A stretch of DNA of 64,000 bases from Eubacteriales bacterium (GCA_045588245.1 JAZNDW010000001.1:204338-268337); one strand, 5' to 3'; counted from the first letter of the stretch, positions 51,079-61,676 are shown. Numbers and translations: made by a program. The notes: generated by a model from the letters alone, not told the origin.

Positions 51079-52095
51079 TTACTTTATACCGTCGGTTTCG
51101 ACTCGCACACAATAGCCCGAAAGTTCATCGCTTTCTTTGAATCGCAAGGTGCATAGTCCGTATATTTTCTTGATTTTTTCGCTGTTTTGGCGTTTATGTC
51201 CAACAGCTTTTGAAACAGCTCCGCGCGGCACATACACAGTTACGTTCCCCGCGAGCTTTTCACAGTTATTTTCGTCTGTAATTCTATTATAAAACACCGC
51301 AGATTCGCAAAGCTCGCCGAGAGCAGGATGGTTAGGTCCTGCAGCGTAGCGTGACGAATGAAGATTCTCCGATTCGCAAAGCCCCACGCGAAGCATGTTG
51401 ACGCCGTGTTTATAAAAAATTTCAAGCAACGGTGCCGTTCTTTTTACGGCATCCTCCACCGTCAGCGGCACGTATTCGCCTCGATTCATCATATAGGATA
51501 GCTCCGTTCCGTCAAAAACAACGGTCGGATATATCCGTGCCTCGCGGCAACCTGCGCGGCATATCGCCTCAGCACACTCTATTTCGTCTTCGGGCGTTGA
51601 CAGCGGAAGCCCCACCATCATCTGTCCTCCGACAGCATAGCCGCGTTCGTTTAGCATGCGGCACGCACGCATCGAATCGTCGGGAGTGTGTCCGCGGCGC
51701 GATGCCGAAAGCACACGCGCCGACATACTCTGTATTCCGAGCTCAACAGCCTTCACAGAATAGCCCGAAAGAATATCGAGCACCGTATCGTCTATATAAT
51801 CGGGGCGTGTCGAGCAGCGTATGCCCGAAGCTTTACCGTCTTTGACATACTCTTCGGCAATATCGAGCAAATACGTCATCAGTTCGCGGTCGATCCCCGT
51901 GAACGATCCGCCAAAAAAAGCAATCTCGCAATCGGCGTCGCCGCCGATCGTTTCAAGTGCGCCGTCGATAATGTTACGCAAATTTTGCGGATCAAAGCGT
52001 TCCGTTCCCGATATGACACGCTGATTACAGAAAACACAATCGTTTGGACATCCGAGATGCGGAATAAAAACGGGAATATTTACGTGTCTGCTCAT
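51079..52095 (-). CDS. radical SAM protein (ELP3-like family, function unknown)
   Basis: The CPNDCVFC CxxxCxxC cluster is near the N-terminus. The ATGA overlaps the rnc stop. Confidence 0.85.
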   Translation of the reverse strand: MSRHVNIPVFIPHLGCPNDCVFCNQRVISGTERFDPQNLRNIIDGALETIGGDADCEIAFFGGSFTGIDRELMTYLLDIAEEYVKDGKASGIRCSTRPDYIDDTVLDILSGYSVKAVELGIQSMSARVLSASRRGHTPDDSMRACRMLNERGYAVGGQMMVGLPLSTPEDEIECAEAICRAGCREARIYPTVVFDGTELSYMMNRGEYVPLTVEDAVKRTAPLLEIFYKHGVNMLRVGLCESENLHSSRYAAGPNHPALGELCESAVFYNRITDENNCEKLAGNVTVYVPRGAVSKAVGHKRQNSEKIKKIYGLCTLRFKESDELSGYCVRVETDGIK

Positions 52096-52817
52096 TGGTC
52101 GTCAACGCCGAAAAGCTTCAGCGCTTCCTTTGCCGCTGCCTGTTCGGCGGCGCGCTTTGAACGTCCTTTTCCATGACCGATGACGTTGCTGTTAAGTCTT
52201 GCCTCAACGTCAAACGTCTTTTCGTGATCGGGGCCATCCTCTCCGACGACGACATACTGCAGAACTTCCCCGTCAACCTGCTGAATAACCTGCTGCAAGA
52301 GCGTCTTATAGTCAAAATAATCCGTTCTGTCGCTGATCTTTCGAATCTCGTCTTTGATATAAGGCAAAATGAATTCGGAAACCGCCGCCTTGCCGTCATT
52401 CCCCTGCGCTTCCGCGTCAATGTAGACGGCGGCGATTAGCGCCTCGTATGCATCGGAAATGATCGACTTGCGGTGTCTGCCGTTGCTTCTGTTTTCGCCA
52501 CGTCCGAGGTAGAGAAACTCACCGAGCCCAATGGCTTCGGCATATTCCGCAAGCGCCGATTCACAAACGAGAGATGAACGTATACGTGTCAGCTCGCCTT
52601 CCTGCTTGCTTTTATAATTTCCGAACAAATACTCACTGACTACCAAAGAAAGCACCGAGTCTCCGAAAAACTCAAGACGTTCGTTACACTCGATATTTTT
52701 GTCGCGGTTTTCGTTCGCGTATGATGAATGTGTCACAGCGCGGCGGACGAGAGCTTGGTCTCGAAATTTATATGCTATTCTGTTTTCAAGTAATTCAATA
52801 TCATAAGGGTAATCCAT
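52092..52817 (-). CDS. rnc: ribonuclease III
   Basis: The NERLEFFGDSVL signature and a C-terminal dsRBD (GKGRSKRAAEQ.AA) are present. Confidence 0.95.
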   Translation of the reverse strand: MDYPYDIELLENRIAYKFRDQALVRRAVTHSSYANENRDKNIECNERLEFFGDSVLSLVVSEYLFGNYKSKQEGELTRIRSSLVCESALAEYAEAIGLGEFLYLGRGENRSNGRHRKSIISDAYEALIAAVYIDAEAQGNDGKAAVSEFILPYIKDEIRKISDRTDYFDYKTLLQQVIQQVDGEVLQYVVVGEDGPDHEKTFDVEARLNSNVIGHGKGRSKRAAEQAAAKEALKLFGVDDQ

Positions 52818-52865
52818 TACCGTTCTCCCCAGTAACAGTTATTTGCAAAAGCATTTTTCGTTTTT

Positions 52866-53879
52866 TCAGATATCAAGTTTGGAAAGTTCTTCCTTCATAA
52901 TACCGATAATATCTTTTTCAACACATGATACCGCCTGATGAATGGCGTTGCACACCGCTTTTGCGTCGGAGCTTCCGTGAGCCTTTATAACGGGGCTCTT
53001 CAAGCCCAAAAACGGCGCTCCGCCGTGTTCAGACGAATCAAAGCTCTTTTTCATCTTTGAAATATGCGGCTTGACAAAAATCGACGAGAATTTTGTCAGT
53101 GCGTTCGTCATGTAAAGGCCTTTGAGCGTCTTCATCATAAAGCCGCCCATTCCTTCGATCAGTTTAAGCACGATATTTCCCGTGAATCCGTCGCATACGA
53201 GGACATCGCAAGCGCCAAAGGGTATCTCGCGGGCTTCAACATTGCCGACAAAGTTTACGTTCGATTCGGCAAGAAGCTTATGCGCGCGGACGTAAAGCTC
53301 CGTGCCCTTCGTCTCTTCGGTGCCATTGTTGAGCAGACCCGTTCTCGGGTTTTCAACGCCCATGATAGACTTCATGTAAACCGAACCGATAACGGACCAT
53401 TGTAACAGATAGTCCTCGGTGATCTGTGTGTTCGCTCCCGAATCCATCAGAAGTGTCGGCGTCGGGAACGGCAGCAGTGCCGCAATGCACGAACGTCTTA
53501 CGTTGAGTAAGCGTCCAACAAAGACGGAGCTTGCCAGATGAAGCGCACCCGTGCTTCCCGCTGAAAGAAAAGCGTCGCCCTGCTTGCCATATCCGTTGTC
53601 GGGCTTAAGCATCTTCATGCCGATCGACATCGACGACTCGCTTTTGCTCTTTACGGCATGTATCGGGGACTCGTCCATCGTGATATACACAGGCGTATGT
53701 ACGATATCGATTCCGTCAAGCGAAAGTCCGAGATCCGCTGCCGACTTATTTATTGCGTCACGGTCACCCACAAGAGTAAACTCAACATTGTCTCCGCATT
53801 CGTTTTTGGCGCGTACCGCGCCCTCAACGAGGGCGGCGGGCGCGTTGTCACCGCCCATAGCGTCTATAATAATTCTCAT
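52866..53879 (-). CDS. plsX: phosphate acyltransferase PlsX
   Basis: [11 protein letters not shown] at the N-terminus and HGSS near the C-terminus are present. Confidence 0.94.
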   Translation of the reverse strand: MRIIIDAMGGDNAPAALVEGAVRAKNECGDNVEFTLVGDRDAINKSAADLGLSLDGIDIVHTPVYITMDESPIHAVKSKSESSMSIGMKMLKPDNGYGKQGDAFLSAGSTGALHLASSVFVGRLLNVRRSCIAALLPFPTPTLLMDSGANTQITEDYLLQWSVIGSVYMKSIMGVENPRTGLLNNGTEETKGTELYVRAHKLLAESNVNFVGNVEAREIPFGACDVLVCDGFTGNIVLKLIEGMGGFMMKTLKGLYMTNALTKFSSIFVKPHISKMKKSFDSSEHGGAPFLGLKSPVIKAHGSSDAKAVCNAIHQAVSCVEKDIIGIMKEELSKLDI

Positions 53880-55204
53880 TTTTTGTCTCCGTTTAAGATT
53901 TCTTTTAATGTATCGACAGCGCGGCGTGAATACTCCTCGTTTCTTGCGCGCTTGCCGCCCTTAACTTTGTATCCGAGCGGTTCAACGATACCGTAATTGG
54001 CATTCATCGGCTGAAAATTCTTCGATGCCGAGCCGACAGCAACGAAATTAGCCATAGCACCCGTCATCGTCGATGCGGGGAGTACAAACGGCTCTTCTGC
54101 AAGACTTCGGCGAAGTGCATTTATGCCTGCGTAAAGTCCGGATGCCGCCGATTCAACGTACCCTTCAACACCCGTTATCTGACCTGCGAAGAAAATATTC
54201 GGACGTTTTTTCATGGAATAATCGTTTGACAGTATTCCCGGCGAATTAAGATACGTGTTGCGGTGCATAACGCCGTAGCGCAGAAACTCTGCATTCCCGA
54301 GTCCGGGGATCATGGAAAAGACGCGCTTTTGCTCGGGAAAAGCGAGGTGCGTCTGAAATCCGACGAGGTTATACATCGTTCCCTCGACATTTTCACGTCG
54401 CAATTGAACGACGGCAAAAGGATCGCGTCCCGTCTTAGGATCGGGAAGTCCTACAGGCTTAAGCGGACCGAAGCAGAGCGTTTCCCTGCCGCGTGATGCC
54501 ATCACTTCAACGGGCATACAGCCCTCAAACACCGTCAGCCCCTCGTCTTTATCGAAATCGTGAAGCTCTGCCGTGCGTGCCGTTACGAGCGCGTCATAGA
54601 AAGCATCATACTCGTCCTTCGTCATCGGACAGTTAAGGTAATCTGTAGGCTCGCCCTTGCCGTAGCGCGATGCAAAATACGCGCGGTCATAGTCGATGCT
54701 GTCTGCGGCAACGATTGGCGCCGCGGCATCGAAGAAATGGAGTCCGTCGATTCCGAGGACTTCTCTTATGTGCTCCGAGAGCGCATCGGAAGTCAGCGGT
54801 CCTGTCGCAACGACGGTAACGGTCGAGTCGTCGATCTCTGTAACCTCATCGTTAACGACGGTAATGTTAGGATGATTTTTGATCTTTTCTGTGACGTATT
54901 CGGAAAATTTCACTCTGTCAACGGCAAGTGCCGATCCCGCGGGCACACGGGAAGCTTCTGCTGCCTCCATGATGAGCGAGCCCATCATACGCATTTCCGC
55001 TTTGAGAAGTCCGACGGCGTTATTAACATCGTCGGAGCGCAGTGAATTACTGCAAACGAGCTCGGCATATCCGTCGCTTTTGTGAGCGGCAGAACGCTTA
55101 TGCGGTTTCATCTCATGAAGCGTCACACGTACACCGCGCTCCGCCGCCTGCCAGGCGGCTTCGCAGCCTGCGAGGCCTGCGCCAATAACTTTAATTTCAC
55201 TCAT
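53876..55204 (-). CDS. trmFO: methylenetetrahydrofolate--tRNA-(uracil-5-)-methyltransferase TrmFO
   Basis: [14 protein letters not shown] is the FAD-binding motif and [12 protein letters not shown] is present. The start is set at ATG 55204 and overlaps the topA end by 8 nt. Confidence 0.93.
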   Translation of the reverse strand: MSEIKVIGAGLAGCEAAWQAAERGVRVTLHEMKPHKRSAAHKSDGYAELVCSNSLRSDDVNNAVGLLKAEMRMMGSLIMEAAEASRVPAGSALAVDRVKFSEYVTEKIKNHPNITVVNDEVTEIDDSTVTVVATGPLTSDALSEHIREVLGIDGLHFFDAAAPIVAADSIDYDRAYFASRYGKGEPTDYLNCPMTKDEYDAFYDALVTARTAELHDFDKDEGLTVFEGCMPVEVMASRGRETLCFGPLKPVGLPDPKTGRDPFAVVQLRRENVEGTMYNLVGFQTHLAFPEQKRVFSMIPGLGNAEFLRYGVMHRNTYLNSPGILSNDYSMKKRPNIFFAGQITGVEGYVESAASGLYAGINALRRSLAEEPFVLPASTMTGAMANFVAVGSASKNFQPMNANYGIVEPLGYKVKGGKRARNEEYSRRAVDTLKEILNGDKK

Positions 55205-57464
55205 TGGGGTTTTCCTTATTTTCAGGTGTAAATTCGCGTTTGTAACCGCAGCCGTCGTTCTTGCAAACCAAAAGGTTCTTGCCCTTCTTTTCGTAGAGCA
55301 TGCCGCCGCATTCGGGGCACTTTTCAACCGAAGGCTTATCCCACGATGAAAAGTCGCATTCGGGATACTTCACGCAGCTGTAGAACACCGATTTGTTACG
55401 TCCCCACTTCGTCAGCACGTCAGAGCCGCACTTGGGGCACTTGACGTCGATCGTTTGACCGTAGGGGCGTGTGTACTTACATTCGGGGTACTTTGAACAA
55501 GCGTAAAAGTTGCCGTATCTGCCGTGGCGGATGACCATATCCGCACCGCATTCTTCACATTTGTATTCGACTTTTTCGACAGGTTTTTCGGTCTTTTCGG
55601 CTTCTGTCGTTTTATTAAGCGGCTTTGTGTTTTTGCATTCGGGATAGTTCGGACAAGCGGCGAATTTGCCGAAGCGTCCGCTTTTTACTACCATAGTTGC
55701 GCCGCACTTATCGCAGATGATATCAGTTTCTTCGCTCGGCAGCTCAAGGCGAGTCGCCGTTGCGGTTGCCGATTCAAGCTCCTTTGCAAAATTTTCATAG
55801 AAACTGCGAAGGACTTCCTTCATCGTCGTTACGCCGTCTTCGACGTCGTCAAGACGGCTCTCCATCGTTGCTGTGAACTTATAGTCAACGATATCCGGGA
55901 AGCTTTCTTTCATAAGCTTCGTCGTTGCTTCCCCCAGGCTCGTGGGCTTCAGCGATTTTCCCTCACGAACGATGTATTCGCGCTGTGCGATGGTGGGGAC
56001 GATGAGCAGGTACGTGCTCGGACGGCCGATACCGAGCTCTTCCAAGAGCTTGATAAGGGACGCTTCCGTATATCTCATGGGCGGCTCTGTGAAGTGCTGT
56101 TCGGGCAAAGCTTCACACAAAACGAGTTCTTCGTCTGCGTTTATCTCGGGCAGGAGCTTTTCCTTGTCGTCCGCGTTCTTTTCATCATCGGTAGATTCTT
56201 CGTAAACCGCAAGGAATCCGGGGAATTTCACGGTGCTTCCCGAAGAATGGAAGGTGTATCCGCCCGCTTCGATTACGGCAGACACCGTATTGATCTCCGC
56301 TGCCGCCATCTGGCTTGCGATATAGCGGTTCCAGATGAGCTTATAGAGTCTGTACTGATCCACCGAAAGATACTTTCTTATTTTTGAAGGCTCGATTGCA
56401 ACGTTTACGGGGCGTACTGCCTCGTGTGCGTCCTGTGCACCCGACTTCGTTTTGAAAATTCTCGGTTCTGCGGGTGTATACTTCGCACCGAATTTGTCGT
56501 GGATATACTCAAGCGTCGCTGTCTGAACCTCCGTTGATATACGAACGGAGTCCGTTCTCATATAGGTGATAAGCCCCTGCACGCCGCCGTTTTCCGTTCC
56601 GAGGTCGATACCCTCGTAAAGCTCCTGCGCCACGCGCATGGTGCGTGTTGACTGGAAATTAAGCTTGCGCGAAGCCTCCTGTTGGAGCGTAGACGTTGTG
56701 AAGGGCGGCGCCGGCTGACGCAACTTTGTCGCGTGCTTACATTCTTTCACGAAAAACGTCTTGCCGCGCACCGCGTCAAGGACGCGTGCGGCATCAGCTT
56801 CGCTGTCGAGCGGAAGCTTACCGTCTTCATTTCCGTAAAAATGCGCGGTGAGCATATCTCCTCTCGGAGTTTTGAGCTCCGCGTCAATCGTCCAGTATTC
56901 CTTGGGAACGAACGCTCTGATCTCCTCCTCGCGGTCAACGATAACTCTCGTTGCAACGGACTGAACGCGGCCTGCGGAAAGTCCGCTGCGTACCGTTGCC
57001 CAAAGGTAGGGACTCAGCTTATAGCCGACGATACGGTCAAGGATACGGCGCGCTTGCTGCGCGTCCACAAGCCCCATATCGATGCGTCTCGGATGCTTGA
57101 TAGCCTCCTTGACGGCGGTTTTTGTAACTTCGTTGAATGTGATTCTGTGGCTTCCGTCAAGCGGAATGCCGAGTGCCACGGAAAGATGCCACGCGATAGC
57201 TTCTCCTTCGCGGTCAGGGTCCGTTGCGATATATATTTTATCAGCGTTTTTCGCTTCTTTTTTTAGTTCTTTGATAAGGTCTCCCTTGCCGCGGATGTTG
57301 ATATACTTCGGTTCAAAATCGTTTTCAACATCAACGCCGAGCGTGCTTTTGGGAAGATCTCTTACGTGTCCTTTGGATGCAACTACGCGGTAGTTGCGTC
57401 CGAGGTAGCCCTCGACTGTAGCCGCCTTCGTCGGCGACTCCATAATAATCAGATTGTTTGCCAT
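55197..57464 (-). CDS. topA: DNA topoisomerase I
   Basis: It has the TOPRIM region [10 protein letters not shown], the active-site region ITYMRTDS, and four C-terminal Cys4 zinc ribbons. The start is set at ATG 57464 ([11 protein letters not shown]). Confidence 0.95.
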   Translation of the reverse strand: MANNLIIMESPTKAATVEGYLGRNYRVVASKGHVRDLPKSTLGVDVENDFEPKYINIRGKGDLIKELKKEAKNADKIYIATDPDREGEAIAWHLSVALGIPLDGSHRITFNEVTKTAVKEAIKHPRRIDMGLVDAQQARRILDRIVGYKLSPYLWATVRSGLSAGRVQSVATRVIVDREEEIRAFVPKEYWTIDAELKTPRGDMLTAHFYGNEDGKLPLDSEADAARVLDAVRGKTFFVKECKHATKLRQPAPPFTTSTLQQEASRKLNFQSTRTMRVAQELYEGIDLGTENGGVQGLITYMRTDSVRISTEVQTATLEYIHDKFGAKYTPAEPRIFKTKSGAQDAHEAVRPVNVAIEPSKIRKYLSVDQYRLYKLIWNRYIASQMAAAEINTVSAVIEAGGYTFHSSGSTVKFPGFLAVYEESTDDEKNADDKEKLLPEINADEELVLCEALPEQHFTEPPMRYTEASLIKLLEELGIGRPSTYLLIVPTIAQREYIVREGKSLKPTSLGEATTKLMKESFPDIVDYKFTATMESRLDDVEDGVTTMKEVLRSFYENFAKELESATATATRLELPSEETDIICDKCGATMVVKSGRFGKFAACPNYPECKNTKPLNKTTEAEKTEKPVEKVEYKCEECGADMVIRHGRYGNFYACSKYPECKYTRPYGQTIDVKCPKCGSDVLTKWGRNKSVFYSCVKYPECDFSSWDKPSVEKCPECGGMLYEKKGKNLLVCKNDGCGYKREFTPENKENPNE

Positions 57465-57486
57465 ACGTGTCCTTTTTTGTTGCGAT

Positions 57487-58860
57487 TTAGTTATTGTTTT
57501 TGATATATCTGCCGCCGGGGACGGAGCTGATATATCCAAGAATCTCAAGCACCGTCAACGAGCTCATGACGTCCGAAGCGGAAAAGCCTTTTCCCAAAAG
57601 CTCGTCGGGTGTGACCGCCGAGTCGCCCATGGCGTCAAGAACGGCGCGTTCCGCGTCCGTTATCGGCACATCGTTAGACTTTTGCGCGGACGGTGCCGCC
57701 GCTTTCGGTTTCGGGGGCACTTCTGCCTCCTTGCGGTCGTCCGCAAATGAATACGACTTTACGATAGCGCCTGCGGTTTTGCTTATTTGCAGGTCCTCTT
57801 TGTAAGTCTTGCTTTCTGTTCGCTTTTGCTCGCGCGCCTTTTGCGCTTCGCGCTTCTTTTCTTCTTTTTTCTCCGCCGTTTTATCACTGCGGGATGCGAT
57901 CTTTCTTGCTTTCGCTGTGTTGTGTCCGTGTTCGACGGACAGCTTACGCTCCGCGTGCTCCGCGGCAGCTACAAAGATCTTATGCGGATAAATGAATTCG
58001 TATGTTCCGATCACATCCTCCGCAGACGTAACGACGCGTGCGCCGTTTTTGATCAGATCGTTACAGCCTTCGCTGTTTTTATTGCCAAGCTCCCCTGGAA
58101 CGGCGAAGATATCACGGCCCTGATAGAGTGCCGTTCTCGCCGTAATGAGCGCACCTGAACCTGCGGGAGCTTCAACTACGACGGTTCCCTGCGACAAGCC
58201 TGATATGATCCTGTTTCTGACGGGAAAATGCGCGCCGGCAGGCTCCGATCCCGGAGGATATTCGGTGATAAGCATACCGCTGCGGCATATATGCTCAGAC
58301 AACAACTTATGCTGACGCGGATAAACGACGTCGATACCGCAGCCGAGTACGGCAACGGTGGGACTGCCTGCGTCAAGCGCACCGTTTGCCGCCATAGCGT
58401 CGCAACCAAGCGCCATTCCCGACACGATAACGGCTCCACCTGCTGCCATAGCGTACGAAAGGCGGTATGCCTGCGCTTCGCCGTATTCCGTCATCGTTCT
58501 TGTACCGACGACGGCAATGCAGACCTCGTCGTTCAAGTCTATGAAACGTCCGCGGTAATATAATACAACGGGCGGATCGATCAGCGTTTTCAAACGTTTC
58601 GGGTATGCACGGTCACCGTACGTCAGAACACCCCAATGACGCTTGATACAAAGCGCAAGTATATTTTCAGCGCGTGTTATATCCTTATCGCAAAGCGCAT
58701 CTACAGCTTCTTTCGGGATGCCGGGTATTTCCTCAAAGCGTTCGCGGGGAGCGTCGTATATTTCACGGAGTGTATCAAAAGACGCAAAAAGCTTATTGTA
58801 GACTCGACTTCCCTGTCCGCATGCAAGCGACAGCCATATCCAGATCAATCTGTCCGACAT
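57487..58860 (-). CDS. dprA: DNA processing protein DprA/Smf with a long charged linker and C-terminal winged-helix domain
   Basis: The Rossmann-like core is VVGTR..T.YG...A and VSG.A.G.D. A K/E-rich linker of about 60 aa follows, then a C-terminal helix-turn-helix-like tail. It lies upstream of topA, as in Bacillus. Confidence 0.9.
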   Translation of the reverse strand: MSDRLIWIWLSLACGQGSRVYNKLFASFDTLREIYDAPRERFEEIPGIPKEAVDALCDKDITRAENILALCIKRHWGVLTYGDRAYPKRLKTLIDPPVVLYYRGRFIDLNDEVCIAVVGTRTMTEYGEAQAYRLSYAMAAGGAVIVSGMALGCDAMAANGALDAGSPTVAVLGCGIDVVYPRQHKLLSEHICRSGMLITEYPPGSEPAGAHFPVRNRIISGLSQGTVVVEAPAGSGALITARTALYQGRDIFAVPGELGNKNSEGCNDLIKNGARVVTSAEDVIGTYEFIYPHKIFVAAAEHAERKLSVEHGHNTAKARKIASRSDKTAEKKEEKKREAQKAREQKRTESKTYKEDLQISKTAGAIVKSYSFADDRKEAEVPPKPKAAAPSAQKSNDVPITDAERAVLDAMGDSAVTPDELLGKGFSASDVMSSLTVLEILGYISSVPGGRYIKNNN

Positions 58861-58921
58861 TTATGTTCTCCGTTCCGCCGACAGTGTGTCGGCAATTTTT
58901 TTGTTGCCCTCGACGGGGCGG

Positions 58922-59752
58922 TCAATGCTTTTGCCTGTATACTTCGTAAAGAATGACAGCCGCGGCAGATGCGGCGTTCAACGATTCCTGCCCCTCAGCC
59001 ATAGGAATATAAAGCATATCCGTAGCCACCGCGATAACGGCATCGGAAATGCCGTGTCCTTCGTTGCCGATGACGATAACATCTCCGTCGCGGAATGAAA
59101 ATTCAAAAAGTGACGACGCCGTCGGCGACGGCAGCGTCGCTATGATGCGTCCGCCTTCGTCGGCGAGTTTACGGCACGTTGCCACGACATCTCCAACGTA
59201 AGTCGAGCCAATGTGGAGCGCCGCCCCCATTGAAGCGCGCATAACGCGCCTACCGTATATATCGGCGCATCCGTTGCCGCAAATGACGTTTTTCACACCG
59301 AAAGCGCGTGCAGATCGAATGATTGCACCGAAATTATCGGGGTTTTGAACACCGTCGAAAAGCAGAGAGATGCCCGACAAAGCAGACACGTCAACTTCGC
59401 CCTCACGTTTCACGCTGTCGCTGTATCTGACGGCGGTGACGACGCCTTGCGGCGCTTTTTCGTCCGTAACGCGGTCAAACGCAGACGGCGACACAACGTA
59501 TATTTTTGCCTCGGGAAGCGCGCTATGCACAGTGGTGTAATACAGATCTCTCACGTCTTCGCGAATGATGACATATTCGACCGTAAGTGGCGACGACGCC
59601 GCTTCAAGCATCAGCTTGATCCCGTCGAGCAAAAAAAGGCCTTCAAGATCGCGGTGCTTCTTATCGCTGAGCTTTGCCGTCATGGAAATTATAGGATTCT
59701 GACGGCTCGTGATCACGTCGACACTGCCGCCGATTTTGTGTTTTTCTGACAT
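58922..59752 (-). CDS. TrmH/SpoU-family RNA 2'-O-methyltransferase
   Basis: The SpoU motifs LFDGVQNPDNFGAIIRSA, VIGNEGHGIS and SLNAASAAAV are present. Confidence 0.88.
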   Translation of the reverse strand: MSEKHKIGGSVDVITSRQNPIISMTAKLSDKKHRDLEGLFLLDGIKLMLEAASSPLTVEYVIIREDVRDLYYTTVHSALPEAKIYVVSPSAFDRVTDEKAPQGVVTAVRYSDSVKREGEVDVSALSGISLLFDGVQNPDNFGAIIRSARAFGVKNVICGNGCADIYGRRVMRASMGAALHIGSTYVGDVVATCRKLADEGGRIIATLPSPTASSLFEFSFRDGDVIVIGNEGHGISDAVIAVATDMLYIPMAEGQESLNAASAAAVILYEVYRQKH

Positions 59753-59830
59753 AAATATACCGTCCCGAAACTCAAAAAAACGTGTTTTTTTCCTTCAAAA
59801 ATGCAAGTTCAACTTGCTATATAATAGCAC

Positions 59831-59856
59831 AAAAAACCGGTCGCAGCCGGTTTTTT
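59831..59856. terminator. terminator after rplT (bidirectional hairpin)
   Basis: AAAAAACCGG (59831-59840) pairs with CCGGTTTTTT (59847-59856) with a 6-nt loop. Confidence 0.6.
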
Positions 59857-59870
59857 GAATCAATATTATA

Positions 59871-60224
59871 TTAGAGAGCTGCCTTTGCGCGTTCAACGAT
59901 CGCTGCAAAAGCTTCCTTATCGGACACTGCGAGCTCAGAGAGCATCTTTCTGTTGAGATCTACGCCTGCGAGCTTGAGGCCGTGCATAAACGTGGAGTAG
60001 TTCATGCCGTAGGGCTTAACTGCTGCGGAGATACGTGTGATCCACAGTGAACGGAAATCGCGCTTTTTAAGTTTTCTGCCAACGAATGCGTAGTTACCGC
60101 TCTTCATTACGGCCTGCTTAGCCATCTTGAAGTGCTTGCTCTTCGCGCCCCAGTAACCCTTTGCGCTCTTAAGTACTTTATTTCTTCTCTTACGGGCCAT
60201 CATGGCGCCCTTAACTCTTGCCAT
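59871..60224 (-). CDS. rplT: 50S ribosomal protein L20
   Basis: [24 protein letters not shown] is typical of L20. Confidence 0.97.
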   Translation of the reverse strand: MARVKGAMMARKRRNKVLKSAKGYWGAKSKHFKMAKQAVMKSGNYAFVGRKLKKRDFRSLWITRISAAVKPYGMNYSTFMHGLKLAGVDLNRKMLSELAVSDKEAFAAIVERAKAAL

Positions 60225-60262
60225 TTTATATATCCTCCGTTAACTTTCTTATTTGCGCCTGA

Positions 60263-60457
60263 TTACTTGATGATCATGCGGCGAACGTTGCGTGCCTGTG
60301 CCTCTTCCATGATAGCACCGGAACGAAGATGTCTTTTACGCTTTGTATCCTTCTTGCCGAGCTTGTGGCGGTGGTCGCTGTGGTTCATCTTCACCTTGCC
60401 TGTTCCGGTAAGGGAAAATCTCTTGGCTGAAGCCTTATGTGTCTTAATCTTTCCCAT
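60263..60457 (-). CDS. rpmI: 50S ribosomal protein L35
   Basis: MGKIKTHKASAKRF..TG.GK is typical of L35. The product is 64 aa. Confidence 0.96.
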   Translation of the reverse strand: MGKIKTHKASAKRFSLTGTGKVKMNHSDHRHKLGKKDTKRKRHLRSGAIMEEAQARNVRRMIIK

Positions 60458-60552
60458 GTTGGTACTCCTTTTTAGTAATGTAATCTTTTTAACTTATTTT
60501 GTTACGCTCGGGCGGTCGTTTGCCGCCTTTTGCGGATAGTTAACCGTGAAAA

Positions 60553-61146
60553 TTATTCCGCGTCTTCCGTTGCGGCTTCTTCTGTAGGTGCTTCGTGCTT
60601 CTGTTTCTTTTCAGGCTTTTCAGCCTTCTGTTTGACAGGGTTGATCATCATCGTCATCTGACGTCCCTCAAGTGTGGGGCGCTTGTCAACGGTACCGAGC
60701 TCCTTACAGTATTCCTCGAAACGTAAAAGAACGTCGCGGCCGATATTCTGATGTGCCATTTCTCTGCCCTTGAAGCGAAGAACGACCTTCACCTTGTTGC
60801 CGTCCTTAAGGAATCCGAGTGCGCGGCGAGCCTTTGTTTCAAAGTCATGCGTGTCGATCTTGCAGGAGAGCTGGACCTCCTTGATCTCGATAACTTGCTG
60901 TTTGCGCTTTGCTTCCTTTTCTTTCTTTTCGCGTTCGTAGCAATACTTACCGAAATCCATGATCCTGCAAACAGGCGGGTCGGAATTCGGGGAAATAACG
61001 ACAAGGTCGAGCCCTTTATCGTATGCTATGTCCTTCGCCTTTGCAACAGGCATGATACCGAGCTGTTCATCCCCATCGATAACACGAACATTTCCCGTCA
61101 AACGAATGTTGTCGTTGACTTGATAATCCTTGGAATTGTTAGCCAT
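60553..61146 (-). CDS. infC: translation initiation factor IF-3
   Basis: VNDNIR...VRVID.DGEQLGIM, then KEVQL. The C-terminal domain is followed by a K/E-rich tail. An ATG start is assumed; many infC genes use non-ATG starts, so the true start may differ. Confidence 0.93.
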   Translation of the reverse strand: MANNSKDYQVNDNIRLTGNVRVIDGDEQLGIMPVAKAKDIAYDKGLDLVVISPNSDPPVCRIMDFGKYCYEREKKEKEAKRKQQVIEIKEVQLSCKIDTHDFETKARRALGFLKDGNKVKVVLRFKGREMAHQNIGRDVLLRFEEYCKELGTVDKRPTLEGRQMTMMINPVKQKAEKPEKKQKHEAPTEEAATEDAE

Positions 61147-61312
61147 AAACCTCCGATAGATAAATGCGGGTTATAACCGCGAAAAAAATTGCGGGGGAAC
61201 ATAATTCCTCCGCCGACAGAAAAGCTCACCAAAAGCACGATGATAACTGTGTTGACCGTACCGATTCTTTGACCGCACGGTGGGAATGGAACTGTTCCGC
61301 TTCTTTTTACCG
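61147..61312 (-). promoter_or_regulatory. infC-rpmI-rplT leader, candidate L20-dependent attenuator (L20 leader)
   Basis: The leader is about 165 nt, between a consensus promoter and infC, and contains an intrinsic terminator just upstream of the RBS. The family assignment is by position and architecture only. Confidence 0.5.
61182..61213 (-). terminator. leader (attenuator) terminator upstream of infC
   Basis: On the minus strand, GCGGAGGAA-TTATG-TTCCCCCGC (one A-C mismatch) is followed by AATTTTTTT. Confidence 0.6.
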
Positions 61313-61316
61313 ATGC

Positions 61317-61345
61317 ATTTTACCACACGATAACGGCAGTGTCAA
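61317..61345 (-). promoter_or_regulatory. sigma-70-type promoter of infC-rpmI-rplT
   Basis: On the minus strand: TTGACA (61345-61340), a 17-nt spacer, then TAAAAT (61322-61317). Confidence 0.7.
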
Positions 61346-61545
61346 TACCTTTTCATAACTTTTTTCACCTTTTCTGCGACTTTTTTTACGCAGTTTCTTG
61401 CATACGATTTTTCAGGTGCAATTTTCCGTCTATTTTACCGTTCCTCTTGACAAAACGGTTTTTTGGGCAAATAGGAGAAATTTCGGATAAAATATCGTCA
61501 AAAATCACTATATACAATTCCACGTCGATGCGTTATAATAATTAT

Positions 61546-61676
61546 GCCGTAATCAAATATTGGCTTCTCCTCCGTCTGTAACGATGGCGGGGACATTCGT
61601 GGCAGTCCCGTTTTCCCGGAGATATATCAACCTTATGATATCACTCCTGCCGGTTTGGGACTGCCCGTTTTGTTTT
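61546..61676 (+). ncRNA. candidate small RNA or transcription attenuator upstream of lon (unknown family)
   Basis: A possible promoter has TATACA (61511-61516), a 17-nt spacer and TATAAT (61534-61539). GGCAGTCCC (61601-61609) pairs with GGGACTGCC (61657-61665) and encloses an inner hairpin. It is followed by CGTTTTGTTTT. An alternative pairing, GGGAC (61590-61594) with GTCCC (61605-61609), is also possible. Confidence 0.3.

Noticed and set aside
55205-55327. 41-aa N-terminal extension of trmFO in the ORF track
   Set aside because: The extension lies inside the topA coding region. TrmFO homology starts at [17 protein letters not shown] (ATG 55204).
57465-57548. 28-aa N-terminal extension of topA in the ORF track
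   Set aside because: The extension overlaps the dprA 3' end. The TOPRIM domain begins at [14 protein letters not shown] (ATG 57464).
61339-61581. 80-aa plus-strand ORF in the infC-lon intergenic region
   Set aside because: The translation is F/L/I-rich and low-complexity. There is no RBS, and it overlaps the infC promoter on the other strand. It is more likely non-coding regulatory DNA.
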